A stretch of 61,662 bases of DNA, counting the filler, from Globobulimina sp. (taxonomy: Eukaryota): NCBI GenBank assembly GCA_003354225.1. It is 20 parts of 20 records of this genome, joined end to end, with 100 filler letters (N's around TTAATTAATTAA, not from the genome) between each part and the next. Parts side by side here need not be neighbours in the genome. Positions count along the whole stretch, not along the records: positions 55,591 to 58,576 come from PIVH01004127.1; positions 58,677 to 61,662 come from PIVH01004128.1; 18 more parts are not named here. The stretch is one strand, 5' to 3'. The first letter of the stretch is position 1. Each line of letters starts with the position of its first letter. Made by a program: the position numbers and the translations under genes. The notes under the pieces were generated by a model, which was not told the DNA's origin, made no database searches, and was given only the letters and a program-made list of their open reading frames with translations. Shown here in pieces: positions 56,459 through 61,662 of this stretch.

Positions 56459-58576
56459 ATGGCGCAAGAATTAGCTCCATCAGACTGGACCCATCAAACC
56501 TTTGAAGATAATTCATCAGTTTTGCGTGGAATTATCCGTGGCATCGATGAACAGTTAGGCATTGGCATCATAGCATCTTCCAATTATTCAGGCGGTGCGT
56601 ATTTAATATTTTTCTTATGTGACATCAACAATCGAATAAATGGGTGGCAACATGGACTTGGTGAAGGTGATAATGTCGAGTTTGAGACATCAAGCATGCG
56701 ACAAGAGGATGAGTTGTACCTACAAGACTCGTATTTATTTTCTAAATACAATTATAAATTATGTAAAGATCAAATAGCAATCAATTTAATTCATTTAGAA
56801 AACGGCACAGTGATTTTGGAAGAATTATTATTTGACCACCCGCGCTATGAAGGCGTAGTAGTGACCGAACCACAGCCATCCATTCAACATCATGCCTTTG
56901 GCAGTTATTATGGCGATGATGAACCACATGAAGGGCTTATTCGATTAGTTGCTCCCTATCAACAAACACAAATACCGCCCATCAATCAACGATACAATGT
57001 CCCACAAACTACGCAAGACAGTGATGTGGATGGAAACGAATCGGATGAAGGGAATGACACCGATCAAGACAAGAAACCTATTCTATTACAACCAGGAACT
57101 ATGCTAAATTTCAGTGGGAAAGATTTGTTAACGACCCGTATTGTGCTACGTAAAGGAGACAAAGTCGAATTTGATGTGTACAGAGATAAAAGTAACAGCG
57201 ATGTACCGTTTGGTGCTACAAATATTGTCTTCTTAGATCCTGATAACACGCAAAGACAACACGGCTTTATCTATAGGTTCCTCTCCAGACAACAGTCACA
57301 ATATGGCTCTTCTGAACAAAAATTCGGATTAATCAAAGTTAGGGCAATCAAAAAAAAAGAAATTTCTCGAATTTTCACCACTATGTTGCATTGCTAATTG
57401 TTCAGAGTACCTATCATGAGGAATTATTCTGGCACCAATCGGAGATCTTAGATCGAGACGAGATTGTCCAGATTGGCGACGAAGTAGAATTCCTGCGAGA
57501 AGTGGATGAGATGCATGGCCGTCTAAAGGCCTCTCGCATCACTTTCTTGCCCAAGAACACCATCCAATTAACTGAGTTATCGCGAGATATATTAGTGGGA
57601 AAAGTAGAGTCCTCCACTTCGTATAATAAATCTGCGCTCATTGAATATGTAAATAACATCACAACCAGCAAACAGTTAATCGAAGTACAAACGTTTGCCA
57701 ATAACAACAAGACTATGAACATGAGCATGAATATGAATTACATTTTAGTCAAAGGAGACTCTGTGCAGTTTCGCACCGAATCCAAGCACGAAAACCCAAC
57801 CAATAAGCGAGCGGTCCATGTAGTTGTGACCAAAGAAGTGGATCGAAGCCACGTCGGCAAAGTCTCTTCGTTCGATCATAAGCAACAACCCCAACAGCAG
57901 CAGTTTGGTGAGATTGAATATGATGATCGCGGCGGGAAGAAACATTCCATTTATTTTTATTTAACCGAATGGTTTGATTCCAATATTGATATCTATGTCG
58001 GTTTGACCGTTCAATTTAATATCTTAGAGAGTGGGAATAAGAAACGAGCCGTAAGGATAAGACCGACTCAGTTACCCTTAACTAAACAGGAACGATTACT
58101 CAAAAAAAAACAAAAAATGCAGAAACGAGAGCAACAAATCCGACAAAATATGATATCGCAACACCTCGTCTCGTCCAATAACAACAAACAGAATCAAAAT
58201 AATAAGATCATAGGTTCGGGCCAAGGCGGAAGGAAAAAACCGCCGGTTTTAAGCAACAAACAGTTGCACCAAATGCAACAAATGATGATGCAACAGAGTC
58301 AGAGTAATAACAATCAGAATAAGCATAATAAGAATAATAAAAATAATCAGAAACACGAAGATGACATTAATAACGATGATATTCGCAATATTAACAGCAA
58401 CAAACCATTATCGAAGCAACGATCGCGTAGAATGAGGAAACAACTGTTACGGAAAAATAAACATAAAGGAAACCCAAACCCAACAAACGCAAACAAAGCA
58501 AAACATGTACAAAAACAGGCAATGCATTCGGGGAAAGATGAGGAGAAGAAAGATGACAAGAAAGAGATGGTTGGCA
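56459..58576 (+). CDS. Multi-cold-shock-domain RNA-binding protein (CSDE1/UNR-like); intron 57338-57405; 3'-truncated
   Basis: Repeated CSD motifs: EGDNVEF, LRKGDKVEFDV..ATNI, FGLIK|STYHEELFWHQSEI..IGDEVEF, KGDSVQF..RAVHV and FGEIEY..IYFY..VQFNI..RAVRI. Confidence 0.8.
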
Positions 58577-58676
58577 NNNNNNNNNNNNNNNNNNNNNNNN
58601 NNNNNNNNNNNNNNNNNNNNTTAATTAATTAANNNNNNNNNNNNNNNNNNNNNNNNNNNNNNNNNNNNNNNNNNNN

Positions 58677-59690
58677 ACCCATTAAAACAACAATCTTTCT
58701 TTCGCCTTGATATGGATATCTAGCATGAGCCCAACGAAGATTATTTAACATGAGAATATCTCCTTCTTTCCATTCAAAACAAATTGAATTCTTTTCATAT
58801 AATTTCTCCATAATTTCGATTTCTTCATCTTCAAATTCATCACCATTTCCCCATAAACTGTGAAAAGGACGATCTATATATTCCACATTTTCATAATATT
58901 CATTGTATCCATTAAAATATCTTCCATTCATTCCCAACAACGAATTTGCAAATGATTCAATGTTATTTTCTGTCGAAATGAATGCCGACTCATTATACAT
59001 GATTTGTAAAATCGGTGTTTTGTTTGTTTCGCACAAATTCCATTTATAATTATATCCATAAACATTGTCACATAAATATTCCACTTTCCTTCGGTCATTC
59101 GTATCGAATATTTCTTGCCAAAATTTCTGTCCTTTCAAGTCCAATGAATTGTTTTTAATCTTTAATTCCATTTCTTTATCACGCAAATTGCGAACATAAC
59201 GAATACCATCACATTCAATGAATTTATTCTTCAAATTTATTGGCAAATCATTATAAATATCGACTGTATTTGCAATTGGTGTATATCCTTCAAATCGAGA
59301 AGGTTTGATGCAAATAAATGCAATTCGTTTTGGATATTTTTTGGTATAACATAGCTCATTGTGATAAGGCACAAAATGAGTGGATGAGATTTCTGACACA
59401 CTCAATAATGATGTATTTTGATGTGGTTTTCTCGAATCTGTGCCATGTTCGTAATACATTGCTTTTCCTTTATAATTTGGTCCATATAGACATTTTTCAA
59501 TATGTTCTATTGTTGACGCCGATGTTTCTTCATTTAATAAGTCTTTATGTAAATTGGTATTTCGATAAAAACAGTATCCATAATCTTTCAAACATTGCTG
59601 AGTGAGATCTTCATTTAACGTTAAATTACTTAAATATTTTATCTCTTTTATACGAGACACTTTGTGGTGCAGATTTTTAATTTTCTGCAT
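58677..59690 (-). CDS. TauD/TfdA-family (SyrP/clavaminate-synthase-like) Fe(II)/2OG dioxygenase; last few codons off-contig
   Basis: VPYHNELCY..PKRIAF (HxE), GYTPIA and WKEGDILMLNNLRWAHARYPYQGERKIVV. Confidence 0.88.
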
Positions 59691-59933
59691 GGCTGATAGA
59701 TCGTTGCAGGATGCGAAAACCTTTCGAAGTGAGCAAACACGTTTTCATAGCAGCTGTTTGATCATAATTCATAATTCGGCTTACGATAATAATAGAATAT
59801 ATAAATAGATATCAAAAAATCCTGAACAGAACACACACAGTCAGAACAAATTTATAATTGCATATTTTATTTATATCGTTTAGTATATTAAATCGAGCTT
59901 TTTAGTTTAGACTATTTTCACCTTAGTTGGTGC

Positions 59934-60958
59934 ATGGCGTCGAAAACAGAATTAACAGAACGCAATAAGAGAAAGAGATATTTACATTTAGCCCGCGAAT
60001 TGTTTCCACGACATAGGACCAAATCAGTGAAGCCTATCGTGAATGGAACAATCAGTGTGGGTTTATTTGCACTTTCATGTTGGTTTATCGATCAAAAATA
60101 CTTCACACACTTCGACATGCTAAAACTACCAAAATCGGGTTGGTTTCTATTAGCGTATTTAATGGGCATTTTTCTAATAAGAGTGAAAGAAACGAATACA
60201 ACCTCAATTTGTTACGAATTATCATGGGGCTGTAATTTGGCACTAAGCATCAGCGGCATTGGCTGTATTATGGGGAGGCCACTATTAATTGGAATGAGTA
60301 TTGGTTTGGTTGGATTGGATCAAATGATGCATGTTTTTTTTCTGTTTTTATGTTTAAAATCGTAACAAAATGCAAATATAATAAAATAAACAGATGGTAC
60401 ATGGATATCATATCTTTTCTATTGAGGCGTAAATATTTGCTGGGAGCAGCAGGTTATTTGTCACATCCAGAACAAACATACATTCGTTCTGTAACATCGT
60501 TGCATCATTTATGGTTTTTGCCATTTTCAATGTACACTCTCTTTCTTGGCAAAGCCCATTTAAATAAATATGCATTCCCGCTTGCAATGTTTATGGGAGC
60601 ACTGTCCATGATTTATGCGCGTTTATTCACGCCGAAATTCATTTGGATTCCGTTAACAAAGGCGGTCCGCGAAAGAGTGAAACGAATGAAAGAAAAAAAG
60701 AAAACACATCACTCGGCATTCCATTGCCTGGTGGATCCGGATAGAGATTTTTATTTGGAGTATATGAATATAAATTGCAGTCATGAGTTTTATCCGACAG
60801 TTCCTATTCCATTCATGCATTATTGCAATGCGTCGCCGGCCTATATCTATCTACCGATAACTTGCACATTATTGACCTTTGCCAGTTACATCCCATTTTT
60901 TTTAATGACAAAAGTATCACAAAAATACCTGTTCGACACAACTTCATTTCAACTGTGA
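59934..60958 (+). CDS. Multi-pass membrane protein, two exons (probable GC-AG intron 60329-60393)
   Basis: YELSWGCN..LDQMI|WYMD..GAAGYL..TSLHHLWFLP..YMNINCSHE. The His-rich TM motifs suggest a conserved membrane enzyme family. Confidence 0.7.
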
Positions 60959-61373
60959 TAATATATTGAATTTCAACGACACAAATTGACTGTAAAATTA
61001 ATGCTCACACCAGGATTGGTAGGCTTTTCCAGTCTCATCCCATTTGTCGGGAAATCCGTCAATCACCACCATCAGTGGTGAATGTAAACTGTCATCTATA
61101 TATCCTTGCACTGCTATGCAAATCTCCATACTATTTTAAAAATTTTAAACACGTACGCGGTGTTTCCAAAAGTTATGTTGTGCAAGGACGTCAAGTCGAA
61201 GTTTTGGGGCACAGCTCCAAATATATGCATCAACCATGCTGTTGTTAACGTTTTCATTGCTATTCATTTCAAGCAAATCACAATTAACCGATCCTTTAAC
61301 GTTATGGACCAAATACACGAGTCCACCTTTGCCAGAGGCAGCAGCCACGCAATTTGCAGGTTTTCGTTTCTAA

Positions 61374-61662
61374 TTTTTCAATATAATAACATCATATAAT
61401 CCAACCACACGTACACCGACAGGATACCAGGCATCAGACGACAGAATCTTTCTAATTGGCGGAGGCAACGACAGAATCTTCTCATATAAAATCGGAACAA
61501 GCCCAATGGACTATCATGGTTATTTGAGTACAGCAATCGTTCAGGCCAATGCTCAATGTTCAGCGCAATGGGGAGAGTCCATAGTTTACATTGATAATGG
61601 AATGTTAAGACGGTTTTTATTCAGTTCGAAACAATTAACCTCCTCTTCGCAGCCCACCAACA
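61374..61662 (+). CDS. Kelch-like secreted protein fragment; start unresolved, 3'-truncated
   Basis: Frame open to the window end: DDRIFLIGGGNDRIFSYKI...AQCSAQWGESIVYID. Not listed in the ORF track because it has no stop. Confidence 0.35.

Noticed and set aside
2991-58676. Regularly spaced TTAATTAATTAA palindromes with ~3-kb units, read as a repeat array, nanochromosomes or telomere-like structure
   Set aside because: Flanked by exact 44-N runs, stops in six frames, units sorted by length and genes cut mid-frame at the edges: an assembly concatenation linker.
1-59690. Sulfur-metabolism cluster (sulfatase, rhodanese, sulfotransferase, TauD-like)
   Set aside because: The genes are on different, unlinked contigs.
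394-59808. Many short (60-160 aa) ORFs antisense to or overlapping called genes, and ORFs ending in X..LIN
   Set aside because: Shadow frames of real genes, or artefacts of reading into the linker.
60990-61348. Minus-strand ORF MAAASGKGG... with an in-frame continuation past a stop
   Set aside because: No ATG start or recognisable motif; it may be a decayed gene but cannot be supported.

Overview
This is not one locus. It is 20 unrelated contigs of 2990-2986 bp, sorted by decreasing length and joined by 19 artificial 100-nt spacers (N44-TTAATTAATTAA-N44), so gene neighbourhood only means something within a contig. The DNA is from an AT-rich, gene-dense eukaryote using the standard code. Spliceosomal introns are short (mostly 51-72 nt) and divergent genes often start only about 40-90 bp apart. 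The gene style (expanded 'LxxGYIR..IP'+SPRY-like proteins, Cys-rich PT-stalk surface proteins, caspase-like proteases) suggests a foraminiferan or other rhizarian; this is inference. Recognisable genes include CCT1, a SIRT6/7-like sirtuin, an ABCB half-transporter, SNAPC1-like, CSDE1/UNR-like, a Nup93 N-terminus, an arylsulfatase, a DUSP, a sulfotransferase, TauD- and AsaB-type oxygenases, and VPS9, CAP-Gly, SAM, C2H2 and 7TM proteins, plus retroelement-like remnants. The most notable item is a single-pass receptor-like protein with a kelch-like ectodomain and an intact cytoplasmic caspase-fold protease (9271-11899). Other unusual architectures are UBA + PD-(D/E)XK nuclease, signal peptide + F-box-like, SYLF + RhoGAP and sirtuin + SPRY-like. 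All domain calls are by eye from motifs; no database searches were run.
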